DNA from: Candidatus Bathyarchaeia archaeon
Lineage (GTDB): Archaea > Thermoproteota > Bathyarchaeia > Bathyarchaeales > Bathycorpusculaceae
Reading direction: 5' to 3'
Assembly: GCA_050012255.1 (NCBI GenBank)
Contig: JBEKHN010000004.1
Location: 47,951 to 111,950, forward strand
DNA: 64,000 bases
Shown: in pieces, positions 19,732-28,846 of the stretch
Position numbering within the stretch: the stretch's first letter is position 1
Layout: each line of letters begins with the position of its first letter
Notes under the pieces: model-generated
The model's input: the letters and a program-made list of their open reading frames with translations, nothing else
The model's database searches: none
Told to the model about the DNA's origin: nothing
Translations under genes and position numbers: made by a program

Positions 19732-20520
19732 TTAAATTAACCCCCTCGACTTGAGGATCTCAGCAATCTTGGCTGCAACCTCGTCTGGGCTTCCCTTCAG
19801 AAACTCGGCCTGTTTCGCTGCTGGTGGAACATACATCTTTTCTATAGTTGTCCATGAACCCGCTGGGCCAACGTCGTTTTCAGTTAAGCCCGTGTCGGCA
19901 AGCGCCATCACCTTGATCTCTTTCTGCATAGCTTTTCGAATTCCCATTATCGAGACATACCTTGGCTCGTTTATCCCCGTCTGCACGGAAAAAAGCGCGG
20001 GTAGTTTAACTTCAACCTGCTCTTCCAAGCCTCCTTCAAGTTCACGGTTGACTTTAGCCACACCTGGGCCCAGCTCGATTTTCTTTACCATCGTCGCGTG
20101 GGGGATATTGAGCAGCTCTGCGAGTATTGGCCCAACTACTGCGCTTCCGTCATCACCCGCCTGCATTCCAGTCAGGATCAAGTCGTAATGCAGGCTCTTT
20201 ATTGCACTGTGCAGTATCTTTGCGACCGCATAGCCATCGGAGCCGTTGAACTTTTGGTCGGTCATCCTGATCGCCTTGTCCGCTCCCCGAGCCATGCATT
20301 TTCGAAGCGTACTGTCTGAGTCGTCGCCGCCTAATGTTATCGCCGTGACTGTTCCCCCTTGCTTCTCTTTTATCCGTACAGCTTCTTCCAGTGCGTAGTC
20401 GTCCCACTCGTTGATGTCGAAGACCAAGCCCGTCCTGTCTATGCTCTTTCCCGTAGCGTCGATCTTCAGTTCCGCCTCCGCCGTCTCTGGAACATGTTTG
20501 GCGCATACAATTATGTCCAA
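19732..20520 (-). CDS. etfB: electron transfer flavoprotein beta subunit
   Basis: 262 aa: 'MDIIVCAKHVPE...', 'DLILTGMQAGDD'. Its stop is 2 nt from the etfA start. Confidence 0.88.
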   Translation of the reverse strand: MDIIVCAKHVPETAEAELKIDATGKSIDRTGLVFDINEWDDYALEEAVRIKEKQGGTVTAITLGGDDSDSTLRKCMARGADKAIRMTDQKFNGSDGYAVAKILHSAIKSLHYDLILTGMQAGDDGSAVVGPILAELLNIPHATMVKKIELGPGVAKVNRELEGGLEEQVEVKLPALFSVQTGINEPRYVSIMGIRKAMQKEIKVMALADTGLTENDVGPAGSWTTIEKMYVPPAAKQAEFLKGSPDEVAAKIAEILKSRGLI

Positions 20521-20714
20521 GTCAACTTGACTCTCCTACATGGTGAGTCTGTTTCACACTCGTTTTCATATAACTTTTGCCTGACAGAATGCTCTTTCGA
20601 TATCTAGCAATCATGGATCGTGCTAGCTCCGCCTTTGACATTTGCTGGCTTCAATGGCTTCAGCAGGTGTTAGCGCGCGCGGTTTTTAAGCAAGCTATGT
20701 AGTAGTCTTGGTCT

Positions 20715-22364
20715 GTGAAGCAGACAGGGATTGTAGTATTCATTTTGTCTATGGTTATGGTTCTGGTAGTTGGTATTGATCCGTCCGTTTTTGTGTTTCA
20801 CAGCCCGCGCGTTATTGCAGACCAGAATGTGGACTGGTGGCCCATGCGCCAGCATGATTTGGCCCACACTGGATATTCAACTTCAACAGCACCCCTTACA
20901 AACCGAACCCGATGGACCTACAGTGTCGGCTTTGGGGGAGCAGTCAGTTCCTCAGCCGCCGTCGAGGATGGCAAAGTGTACGTCGGATCATATGACGACC
21001 GAGTTTATGCTTTGAATGCTACGACGGGCTCACAAGTGTGGAACTACACGACAGGTAGCTGGGTGGTCTCTTCGCCTGCCGTTGCCGACGGTATGGTTTT
21101 CGTCGGATCGTGGGATAACAATCTTTACGCTTTGAACGCTTCTACAGGGGCCCTGGTGTGGAATTACACGACAGGCAGCCACGTGTATTCTTCTCCTGCT
21201 GTTGCTGGTGGTAGGGTTTACGTGGGGTCAGATGATCACAATGTTTACTGTTTGGATGCTTCGACTGGGGCTTTGGTGTGGAACTACACCACAGGTAACT
21301 GGGTATCTTCTTCTCCTGCAGTTGTCAACGACACAGTCTACCTGGGCTCAGTAGACCACAACGTCTATGCTTTGGACACTGCGAACGGCGCATTAAGATG
21401 GAACTACACAACCTCCTCTAGCGTGTATTCTTCTCCCACCGTCGTTGGCGGCCTAGTCTACGTAGGCTCAGATGACCAAAATGTCTACGCCTTGAACGCA
21501 ACGAACGGCGCACGCATCTGGAACTACACAACCGGCAACGCAGTGGTTTCTTCTCCTGCTGTGGCTGGCGGGATGGTCTACGTGGGATCGTATGACGGCA
21601 AGGTTTACGCCCTGAACGTTACAACGGGAGCACATATATGGAATTACGCAACCAACGGTTTTGTCCTCTCTTCTCCTGCTGTGGCTGGCGACATGGTCTA
21701 CGAGGGCTCAGATGACGGCAACGCTTATGCCTTGAACGCTACAACAGGCGCGTTTGTATGGAAATACACAACTGGTCACTGGGTGTTTTCTTCTCCTGCT
21801 GTTGCCGAAGGCTCGGTCTACGTGGGCTCAGGTGACGGCAAGGTTTATGCTTTTGGTCCAGTGCACGATGTGGCAGTGACGGATGTTGCATGCTCCAAAA
21901 CTGTCGTCGGTCAAGGCTACGGCCTAGACATAACCGTTTATGCAGCAGACTTGGGCAGCTACCCTGAAGCCTTCAACGTTACGGTTTATGCCAACACAAG
22001 TGCTGTTGCGTCACAAATCGTCACCTTGTCAAGCGGTAACTCCGCTGATGTCACCTTAACTTGGAAGGCCGCGGGATTGGTTTATGGCAACTACACGATA
22101 AGCGCCTGTGCTCTGCCAGTTTTAAGCGAAGCAAACGTCACCAATAATAATTTCACGTATGGCCCTGTTAGCGTGACCATCCCAGGCGATGTTGACGGCA
22201 ACGGCATAGTCGACAAAAATGACGCGACACTCTTAGCGAACGCCTTCAACTCAAACCCTGCTTGTTCAAACTGGAACCCAAACGCCGACGTCAACAACGA
22301 TTCGGTCGTTGACATCTACGATGCTATTCTGACCGCAAACCACTTCAACCAACACTACCCATAA
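20715..22364 (+). CDS. secreted PQQ-like 8-bladed beta-propeller, CARDB-like domain and C-terminal dockerin
   Basis: N-terminal hydrophobic signal/anchor ('IVVFILSMVMVLVVG'). Eight approximately 40-aa repeats follow ('VYALNATTG..VWNYTTG..V.SSPAVA.G.VYVGS.D'). An Ig-like segment ('HDVAVTDV...NVTNNNF') precedes a dockerin with two Ca-loops, 'DVDGNGIVDKND' and 'DVNNDSVVDIYD'. Confidence 0.8.
   Translation: MKQTGIVVFILSMVMVLVVGIDPSVFVFHSPRVIADQNVDWWPMRQHDLAHTGYSTSTAPLTNRTRWTYSVGFGGAVSSSAAVEDGKVYVGSYDDRVYALNATTGSQVWNYTTGSWVVSSPAVADGMVFVGSWDNNLYALNASTGALVWNYTTGSHVYSSPAVAGGRVYVGSDDHNVYCLDASTGALVWNYTTGNWVSSSPAVVNDTVYLGSVDHNVYALDTANGALRWNYTTSSSVYSSPTVVGGLVYVGSDDQNVYALNATNGARIWNYTTGNAVVSSPAVAGGMVYVGSYDGKVYALNVTTGAHIWNYATNGFVLSSPAVAGDMVYEGSDDGNAYALNATTGAFVWKYTTGHWVFSSPAVAEGSVYVGSGDGKVYAFGPVHDVAVTDVACSKTVVGQGYGLDITVYAADLGSYPEAFNVTVYANTSAVASQIVTLSSGNSADVTLTWKAAGLVYGNYTISACALPVLSEANVTNNNFTYGPVSVTIPGDVDGNGIVDKNDATLLANAFNSNPACSNWNPNADVNNDSVVDIYDAILTANHFNQHYP
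20905..21870 (+). repeat. eight tandem approximately 120-bp coding repeats (propeller blades)
   Basis: Strings such as 'gtgtggaactacac.acaggt' and 'tcttctcctgctgt.gctgg' recur with a 120-nt period at the DNA level. Confidence 0.7.
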
Positions 22365-22826
22365 CTCATATGATTGCTCTTCTCTTCAAACCTCTTTCTC
22401 CTCTGAAAGCAAGAGGGCAGTTGCTTCTTGGGAGATTCAAACACGCTTCTACCGTAGGAGAAGGACGATTATCACCATGAATGTCATTCCGGTGTTGGCT
22501 TCGACAGACAATGTCCCGTTGGATTAGTATCTCGTGACACTGACAGACGTATATTCAGGGGCGAATGTATCTGCTTCCGAGAACCTTGGCATTTAGAGAA
22601 TTATGGCAACTTCCACAGTTGGCTCTTTTTGGGAGGAGTTCAAATCTGAAGACTTGGTGTTCATCGATCAATTCATAGACAGAACAACCAAGCGGGAACA
22701 GTCGTTTTGCACACAAGGACAGGTCTGCTACGCATCGCTCGCTGAACCAGTGTGCCCAAGAACTCAACGGAGCCCAAGCGACACGCGCGTCACGGAGACT
22801 AGGACCAGATCCTTGCGATTCCTGGG

Positions 22827-23282
22827 CTAGGCTTCGCTTTCTTTCTCCACCGTGTTGTCTACAACTTTGATCCATTTGGTCGCCAGAATCTGGGCAAAAT
22901 CCTTGCTCTTAGGGTCGAGATCTGTTCCGACAAGGTGCCAATGATCGTTTATCGTTGCAAACGTCGTGTCCATTATCACAAACTTGGGAGTATAGCTGAA
23001 GACTTTCTTCCCTATGTCAGAAAGCAGGTCCAGAGCACGTTCAAAAGCCTTGTAGGGTATGGTGTGTTCATGCTGCTTGTACACTATCATTATTCTTTCC
23101 TTGTGTCCCTTCAAATTCTTGGTTCTCAAAACTAAGAATGACTTGTCCTCGTAGTAGATTTTCTCCTTTTTCAGATCAAGTCTGCACAGAGGGCATTGCA
23201 CAGTCTTCAACTCGCACACCTCAGTGAACACTATTCTGGTGCTCACAGTATAAAAGAACTTTTCAACTCTTCCGCTTTGCAA
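22827..23282 (-). CDS. HIT-like protein (degenerate histidine triad)
   Basis: 'CPLC...IYYEDKSFLVLRTKNLKGHKERIMIVYKQHEH' resembles the HIT N-terminal pattern. 'NDHWHLVG' is a partial HxHxH motif. The start is uncertain. Confidence 0.45.
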   Translation of the reverse strand: MQSGRVEKFFYTVSTRIVFTEVCELKTVQCPLCRLDLKKEKIYYEDKSFLVLRTKNLKGHKERIMIVYKQHEHTIPYKAFERALDLLSDIGKKVFSYTPKFVIMDTTFATINDHWHLVGTDLDPKSKDFAQILATKWIKVVDNTVEKESEA

Positions 23283-23295
23283 TCAGCTAACGTAG

Positions 23296-23583
23296 TTACC
23301 TGTCGAAGAGGCAGTGCAGCAACTCAAGCAGAACGAAAAGTACTCCAACGTAGTAGAACAGAAATCCGAAGAAAGTGTAGTGTTCCCAGATGACGAAACC
23401 GGCTAGTCCTGCGGCAAAACATCCAATACTCAAGAATGTCAGAAACAAGATGTCGATGTTTTCCATGACTCTGTGTTTTGGCACTTTTTCTATGAACAAC
23501 AGAAACCTCAAAGTGTCATTTTCCAACACGCGCTTCTTTGCACTTTTGAAGAAAGAAAGGGGCTTGCGACCTTCCATACGCAC
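23296..23583 (-). CDS. hypothetical small membrane protein
   Basis: 95-aa ORF with two hydrophobic helices in the C-terminal half. No other support. Confidence 0.3.
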   Translation of the reverse strand: MRMEGRKPLSFFKSAKKRVLENDTLRFLLFIEKVPKHRVMENIDILFLTFLSIGCFAAGLAGFVIWEHYTFFGFLFYYVGVLFVLLELLHCLFDR

Positions 23584-23973
23584 ACGCTCGCTAAGCCCAA
23601 GCTGGCACTTCGCCCCAAATAGTCTTCAAAAAGAAACAGACTGCAAAAAACACTAAGGGCAAGGTTCTCACGGCTAACAGTTTCCACCTCATGCTAGGTC
23701 CCTCCTATTCTTGACGGTGAAAGGCGCCCGCCTTTTTTCGCCGCAAACCACAGATATGCACAGGAAATTGACTTAACGATAAGTGCGTAGACGATGTGAC
23801 AGACAGTTAATGTACATTCAGACAGAAAAAGAGTCAACAAACCATGTCGTCATGTTGGGCCCTCATCAACCTGAACCTTCAATTCAGATTCAGTATTCAT
23901 AAGCATAAAGTATGTCCTTCATCAGAACTTGTCACCGTTTCAAAAACGGCAAAGTGAAAACTTGGCATTATCG

Positions 23974-24918
23974 ATGATGAAACCCCGCGACCTGATCCGA
24001 GTGCATGACGAAAAGGCAGACCCTTGGAGGATCGTGTGTAGAGAGAAGGGCTCTAACAAGCAGTTGGAAATCATAGAGAACGCCTTGGCAAGATACGGGC
24101 TGTCGCAGAACGAAATAAGAGCGTACGTTTACCTCGCAAGAACTGGCGAAAGGAAAGCTGCAGAAATTGCTGAAGCTATATCACTTCACCGAACCGAAAC
24201 CTACAGAACGCTTCGGGACTTGGAAAAAAGAGGCATCGCGCTCTCAACTTTTGAACGACCGTTGCGGTTCACAGCGGTGCCTCTGGATAAAGCAATCGAA
24301 CGACTGATGGAAACTGAAAAAACGAAGCTCAAGCTTCTTGAGAAAGAAAAGGCCGACTTAATCCAGCTTTGGTCGTCGATGCCAAAGCCAAGAAACGAGA
24401 ATAGCAAAAAGGAAGTGTTCCAAATACTCGAAGGCGAATCGCAAATAATTCTGAAAGCCAACGATCTTCTTGGGAAAACTCGGACGGAACTGCAGATTTT
24501 TGCTCCTGAAGAGCACCTAGCTCAACTGTACCGCAGCGATTTCATGGATAATCTCGAGCAGCACTCTTACGATGTGAGCATCGATCTGCTGACTGAAGAC
24601 TCGTTGAAGAGCAGATTCTTCTGCGAGCGAATCGGTTGGTCAAACCATACATGCTGCGTTGGCGATGTAAGGAAACTGCCTTGTTTCATGATCTCAGACA
24701 GAGAAGAACTTCTCATCGTTTACAACAAAAAATCCGAAGACAAGAGCAGAGCGAGGAAGAAGAAAAGCAGAACTGCGGCTCTCTGGACCAATTGCACCGC
24801 TCTTGTTGTAAGTATGCTGACGCTGTTCTACAGAATGGCCGAAGCTAGAGAAACTGCGCAGGTCTGCACCGCGCAAGCAGCAGAAATCGGCTTGCAAATG
24901 GAAGACCGGGATAGTTAG
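23974..24918 (+). CDS. TrmB-family transcriptional regulator
   Basis: wHTH 'LSQNEIRAYVYLARTGERKAAEIAEAISLHRTETYRTLRDLEKRGI' followed by a coiled coil ('KLKLLEKEKADLIQLW') and a C-terminal domain. ATG 23974 is preferred over TTG 23929. Confidence 0.75.
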   Translation: MMKPRDLIRVHDEKADPWRIVCREKGSNKQLEIIENALARYGLSQNEIRAYVYLARTGERKAAEIAEAISLHRTETYRTLRDLEKRGIALSTFERPLRFTAVPLDKAIERLMETEKTKLKLLEKEKADLIQLWSSMPKPRNENSKKEVFQILEGESQIILKANDLLGKTRTELQIFAPEEHLAQLYRSDFMDNLEQHSYDVSIDLLTEDSLKSRFFCERIGWSNHTCCVGDVRKLPCFMISDREELLIVYNKKSEDKSRARKKKSRTAALWTNCTALVVSMLTLFYRMAEARETAQVCTAQAAEIGLQMEDRDS

Positions 24919-27281
24919 GCGGACAACTTCTCTTTTATGGCGTTGCGCTTCTCCTCTGTCAGCGGACCGAACTTCTTAATCCTGTCAGTGAACATGCTGA
25001 ACAGTTCGGCAGCTTTCTTGTAGACTGGCAACGGCACGTAGCTGTAGCGTACTCGCATGTTTTCGACTCCGTATTTTGCCAGTTCTTTTCCGAGGTCTAT
25101 TATTCTTTTCTTTGTGAACTTCTCGTCGATCTCTTGCGTTCCTTCAACGATCAGAATACCGTCAGCACCGTACGCGAAGGCATAAAGCAGGTGTTTCAAG
25201 CCTAGTATGGCAGTTGTTGGAACTGGAATGATCCTGACGTTTTCCGGATAGTTTGTGCGGTCCAGTCCAAGGAAGTCCATGCCGGTGTAGCCAACATTCT
25301 TGTCGACAAAAGCGACCACTCTGACTTCGCCGGGCTGCTTTTCTTCCAGCACTCCTCTGAGACTGGCAATTATCTGCTTTGCAGTCGCGTTCTTGAAGTC
25401 TATGGCTTCTTGTGGGCAAACAGGTATGCATGCACCGCAGCCTGTGCACTGGAACGCGTCGACCTTGGCCTTGCCGTTCTGCATGCTGATCGCGTTCACT
25501 GGACAAATGGGCATGCAGCCGCCGCAGCCATTGCACAGGTCAGAGATCACAAAGGCTTTCTCAGGAGAAGTCGTGACATAATCACTCTTCAAGAACAGAG
25601 CCGCTTTGGCAGACGCGCCTAAACCGTCTGAGACCGTGTCACGAACGTCTTTCGGGCTTAAGGCGCAGCCGCAAGCAAAAATTCCGGTTACAAGCGAATC
25701 CACTGGGTCAAGCTTGGGATGCTTCTCCGTGATGAAACCGTCCTCACCGAGTGGGACCTTCATTTTTTCGGCCAGTTCCTTCAGTCCTGCTGGCGGAACC
25801 ATCGGCGTTGCCAGCGCGATCATGTCAAACTGCTCTTCGGTCGTCTCGCCGGTTATCGTGTCTTCCGCCACTGCAACGAGCTTGCCGTTGCTGCTATCCT
25901 TGTAGACTTCTGCCACCTTGCCTCGTATGAAACTGACCCCTGCCTCTTCGTCACGCCAGTAGAGGTCTTCGTAACCCTTGCCCGTGGCTCTGATGTCTGT
26001 GTAGTAAATGGTAACATCGATTCCGAGCATTTTCTTCAGCACGAAAGCCTGTTTTAGCGCGTACATGCAGCAGATGCGACTGCAGTATGGGATGTAATTC
26101 TTGTCTCTGGAGCCCGCGCAGAGCACTATGCCGATTTTCTTGACGTCGCTGCCGTCTGCCCTCTTGATGTAGCCGCCCGTGGGGCCTGTGGCTGACACGA
26201 GTCTTTCCAGATCCATCATGGTGATGACGTCTTTGTAGTTGCCGTAACCGTAAGTCTCAAGCTTCTTGGCATCATAGAGCTGGTAGCCAGTTGCCATGAT
26301 GATGCCTCCCACGTGCAAGTCGACCGTGAAACCTTTGTCTGTCAGGCTTACCGCCTTGGCTGGGCAAAGCTGCTCACACTTTCCACACTTTGTGCATGTT
26401 TCAAAGTCAATCGTATAGGCTGAGGGCACAGCCTGTGGGAACTCGATGTAAGCTGCTTTCCTCTGCGAGAGGCCTTCGTTGAACTCGTCTGGACAGGAAA
26501 CAGGGCAAACCTTGGCGCAGACACCGCAGCTTCTGCATTTCTGCACGTCCACGCCTCGAGGTTTCATGAAAACCTTCACGTCATAGTTTCCTGGGCGGCC
26601 GCTGACTTCCTGCACTTCGGAGTATGTGTACAGGGCAACGTTGGGGTTTCTGCCCACTTCGGCCATCCTCGGCGTCAAGATGCACTGCGCGCAGTCCAAT
26701 GTTGGGAAGACCTTCGTCAGTTTTGCCATGTTGCCGCCGATGCTTGGCTTTCGTTCGACTAGATGAACCTTGTAGCCCAGATAGCCGAGCTCAAGAGCGG
26801 CTGTGATGCCTGCTATGCCGCCGCCAACGATGAGAATCTCCCTAGAACCCTTCTCGCTGATAGTCTGCATCGCTTCAAGCTGCTGGCTTCGCTCGTAGCC
26901 GCCTCTAATTAGGCTTATGGCTTTTCTCGTGGCCTCGGCTGAACGGTGAGGGCCGTGAACCCAGGAGTCTTGTTCCCTGATGTTCACAAACTCGAGCATG
27001 AAGGGGTTCAACCCAGCCCTCTCCAAGACAGCTTGAAAAGTTGCAAGGTGCATCCTCGGCGTGCAACTGGCAACCACAACTCTGTCCAAGTTCTCCTTCT
27101 TCACAGAGTCAAGTATCAGTTCCTGAGCTGGCTTGGAGCAAAGATACTTGTGATACTTGGCCACTGCAACGTCAGGCCAACTCTTGACAGTGTCAACGAC
27201 AGATTTTACGTCCACAACGTCGCCTATGTTGCCGCCGCATTCACACACGAAAATGCCGATTCTAGGCGATTTCTTCTCCAT
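24915..27281 (-). CDS. hdrA: heterodisulfide reductase subunit A-like flavoprotein fused to a C-terminal MvhD-like domain
   Basis: Start at ATG 27281 ('MEKKSPRIGIFVCECGGNIG'). FAD motif 'LIVGGGIAGITAA' and HdrA hallmark 'VLCAGSRD...YCSRICCMYALK'. There are four ferredoxin CxxCxxCxxxCP motifs. The C-terminal 'VVAFVDKNVGYTGMDF...ADGILIVEG' is MvhD/FlpD-like. Confidence 0.85.
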   Translation of the reverse strand: MEKKSPRIGIFVCECGGNIGDVVDVKSVVDTVKSWPDVAVAKYHKYLCSKPAQELILDSVKKENLDRVVVASCTPRMHLATFQAVLERAGLNPFMLEFVNIREQDSWVHGPHRSAEATRKAISLIRGGYERSQQLEAMQTISEKGSREILIVGGGIAGITAALELGYLGYKVHLVERKPSIGGNMAKLTKVFPTLDCAQCILTPRMAEVGRNPNVALYTYSEVQEVSGRPGNYDVKVFMKPRGVDVQKCRSCGVCAKVCPVSCPDEFNEGLSQRKAAYIEFPQAVPSAYTIDFETCTKCGKCEQLCPAKAVSLTDKGFTVDLHVGGIIMATGYQLYDAKKLETYGYGNYKDVITMMDLERLVSATGPTGGYIKRADGSDVKKIGIVLCAGSRDKNYIPYCSRICCMYALKQAFVLKKMLGIDVTIYYTDIRATGKGYEDLYWRDEEAGVSFIRGKVAEVYKDSSNGKLVAVAEDTITGETTEEQFDMIALATPMVPPAGLKELAEKMKVPLGEDGFITEKHPKLDPVDSLVTGIFACGCALSPKDVRDTVSDGLGASAKAALFLKSDYVTTSPEKAFVISDLCNGCGGCMPICPVNAISMQNGKAKVDAFQCTGCGACIPVCPQEAIDFKNATAKQIIASLRGVLEEKQPGEVRVVAFVDKNVGYTGMDFLGLDRTNYPENVRIIPVPTTAILGLKHLLYAFAYGADGILIVEGTQEIDEKFTKKRIIDLGKELAKYGVENMRVRYSYVPLPVYKKAAELFSMFTDRIKKFGPLTEEKRNAIKEKLSA

Positions 27282-27371
27282 CGGCGGAAATCTACCTCGT
27301 TTATGAATGATTTTAGATGATTCACGGGAAAACGCTTTAATAACCTTATGCTCCCTTTTCAACAAAAAGCG

Positions 27372-28490
27372 ATGGACGACATGAACGCTCAAGAGCTCAC
27401 TCAGAAACATAAACTTCTTGAATGCATCCAGTGTGGAACGTGCACAGGAAGCTGTCCTGTTGCGAAGAAGGCCAACTTGAACGTCAGAAAGTACATGCGC
27501 GAAGTCGCCACGCTGGGCAAGTTGACCCAGCACCCACAGAATGAATTGTGGAGCTGCACAACATGCAGCGCGTGCGGTGTTCGCTGCCCCAAGGAACTCA
27601 ACCCATATGAGTTCTTGATCGACATCCGCGGGATGGCAGTTGAGGAAGGGCAAATTGCTCCTACGATTCGAGACGCCTTGGAGAGCATATTCAAGAACGG
27701 CAACCCATGGGGAAGAATGCGCAACAAACGCTCTGAATGGATGCAAGGACTAAACATCAAACCCATCTCACAGGGTGCAGAAGTCCTTTTCTTTGTCGGC
27801 TGCACATCAGCCTACGATCCACGCGTCCAAAACGTGCCAAAAAGCCTCGCAAGATGCTTTGAAAAGGCTGGACTGAACTTTGGAATCCTCGGCGACGAGG
27901 AGAACTGCTGCGGAAGCGAGGTTTACGGCATGGGTGAGAAGGGCCTCTTCGAATTCCTAGTTGAAGAGAACATGAAAGCGTTCAACAAGTACAACGTGAA
28001 ACAAGCTGTAACAAGCTGCCCACACGGGTATCACGCTTTTAAGAACAGATACAAGCAAACAAGCTTCGAACCTCTTCACCACACTCAACTTCTCGCCAAG
28101 CTGATTGACGAAAAGAAGTTGACTTTCTCTAAAGAGGTCAACAAGAAGGTCATATACCATGACCCGTGCTTCTTGGGCAAGCAAAACGGCATTTATGACG
28201 AGCCGAGAAAAGTCATCGAGAGCGTTCCAGGCGTCAAACTGCTGGAGTTTGACCGTTCCAGAGCCAGAAGCGTCTGCTGCGAGGGCGGAGGTGGGAGAAT
28301 GTGGGTTGATATCCCAGGCCAACGGTTAGCGGAAACACGGGTGAAAGACGCCGTCGAAGCTGGAGCAGACGTCCTAGCCGTAGCCTGTCCTTACTGCCTA
28401 CTGACCTTTGAAGACGCCGTAAAGACTACAGGCGTCGAAGGCAAAATTCAGATCATGGACATAGCAGAACTTCTCACACTTGCCCTGTAG
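27372..28490 (+). CDS. HdrD-like Fe-S protein (2x[4Fe-4S] plus two CCG domains)
   Basis: 'CIQCGTCTGSCPV' and 'CTTCSACGVRCP', then CCG motifs 'ENCCGSE' and 'SVCCEGGGG...ACPYC'. The track ORF starts at 27348, only about 10 nt after a TATA-like 'TTTAATAA', so ATG 27372 or 27381 is more plausible. Confidence 0.8.
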   Translation: MDDMNAQELTQKHKLLECIQCGTCTGSCPVAKKANLNVRKYMREVATLGKLTQHPQNELWSCTTCSACGVRCPKELNPYEFLIDIRGMAVEEGQIAPTIRDALESIFKNGNPWGRMRNKRSEWMQGLNIKPISQGAEVLFFVGCTSAYDPRVQNVPKSLARCFEKAGLNFGILGDEENCCGSEVYGMGEKGLFEFLVEENMKAFNKYNVKQAVTSCPHGYHAFKNRYKQTSFEPLHHTQLLAKLIDEKKLTFSKEVNKKVIYHDPCFLGKQNGIYDEPRKVIESVPGVKLLEFDRSRARSVCCEGGGGRMWVDIPGQRLAETRVKDAVEAGADVLAVACPYCLLTFEDAVKTTGVEGKIQIMDIAELLTLAL

Positions 28491-28603
28491 CGAGGCGTTT
28501 CCATCGCTAACGCACAAAAACTCGCTTCCCATGACGATTACTGTGCTCAATCAATTATATCGAGACTGAAACCGGTGCGACCCGTCTGCTCCAAGCGAGC
28601 AAA

Positions 28604-28846
28604 TCAGGGTTCACGCGTAATCATCGTCGCCGTCGACCTGACATTCTGGAGTTTTCTGATGCGCGTTACGCTCTGGTTCAGCTCGTCCATAGTTCTTGCG
28701 TTGACTTTTGCAACTATATCATAGTCACCCAGAACAACGAAGGCTTCATCAAAACCCTGAACGCTCTTCAGAGCTTTTAACACGTCATTTTCACAGCCCA
28801 AGTTCACGTTTATCAACACAAAAGCATTAAGCTTCATCCCGACCAT
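28604..28846 (-). CDS. stand-alone Lrp/AsnC ligand-binding (RAM) domain protein
   Basis: 80 aa: 'KLNAFVLINVNLGCENDVLKALKSVQGFDEAFVVLGDYDIVAKVNARTMDELNQSV'. This is a beta-alpha-beta-beta-alpha-beta pattern with no HTH. Confidence 0.7.
   Translation of the reverse strand: MVGMKLNAFVLINVNLGCENDVLKALKSVQGFDEAFVVLGDYDIVAKVNARTMDELNQSVTRIRKLQNVRSTATMITREP

Noticed and set aside
20905-21870. CRISPR-like periodic repeats
   Set aside because: The periodicity is 120 bp, lies inside a continuous ORF and encodes propeller blades. No short repeat/spacer array or cas genes occur anywhere in the window.
22555-22875. Overlapping ORFs 22555-22875 (-) and 22603-22830 (+) in the gap after the propeller gene
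   Set aside because: Neither has motifs. The minus ORF is Arg/Ser/Cys-rich. The first approximately 35 aa of the plus ORF look protein-like, so a gene remnant cannot be excluded, but there is no support for a call.
27282-27746. 155-codon N-terminal extension of the HdrA ORF
   Set aside because: The extension overlaps the divergent HdrD-like gene and has no HdrA similarity. The canonical HdrA N-terminus 'MEKKSPRIGIFVCECGGN' begins at ATG 27281.
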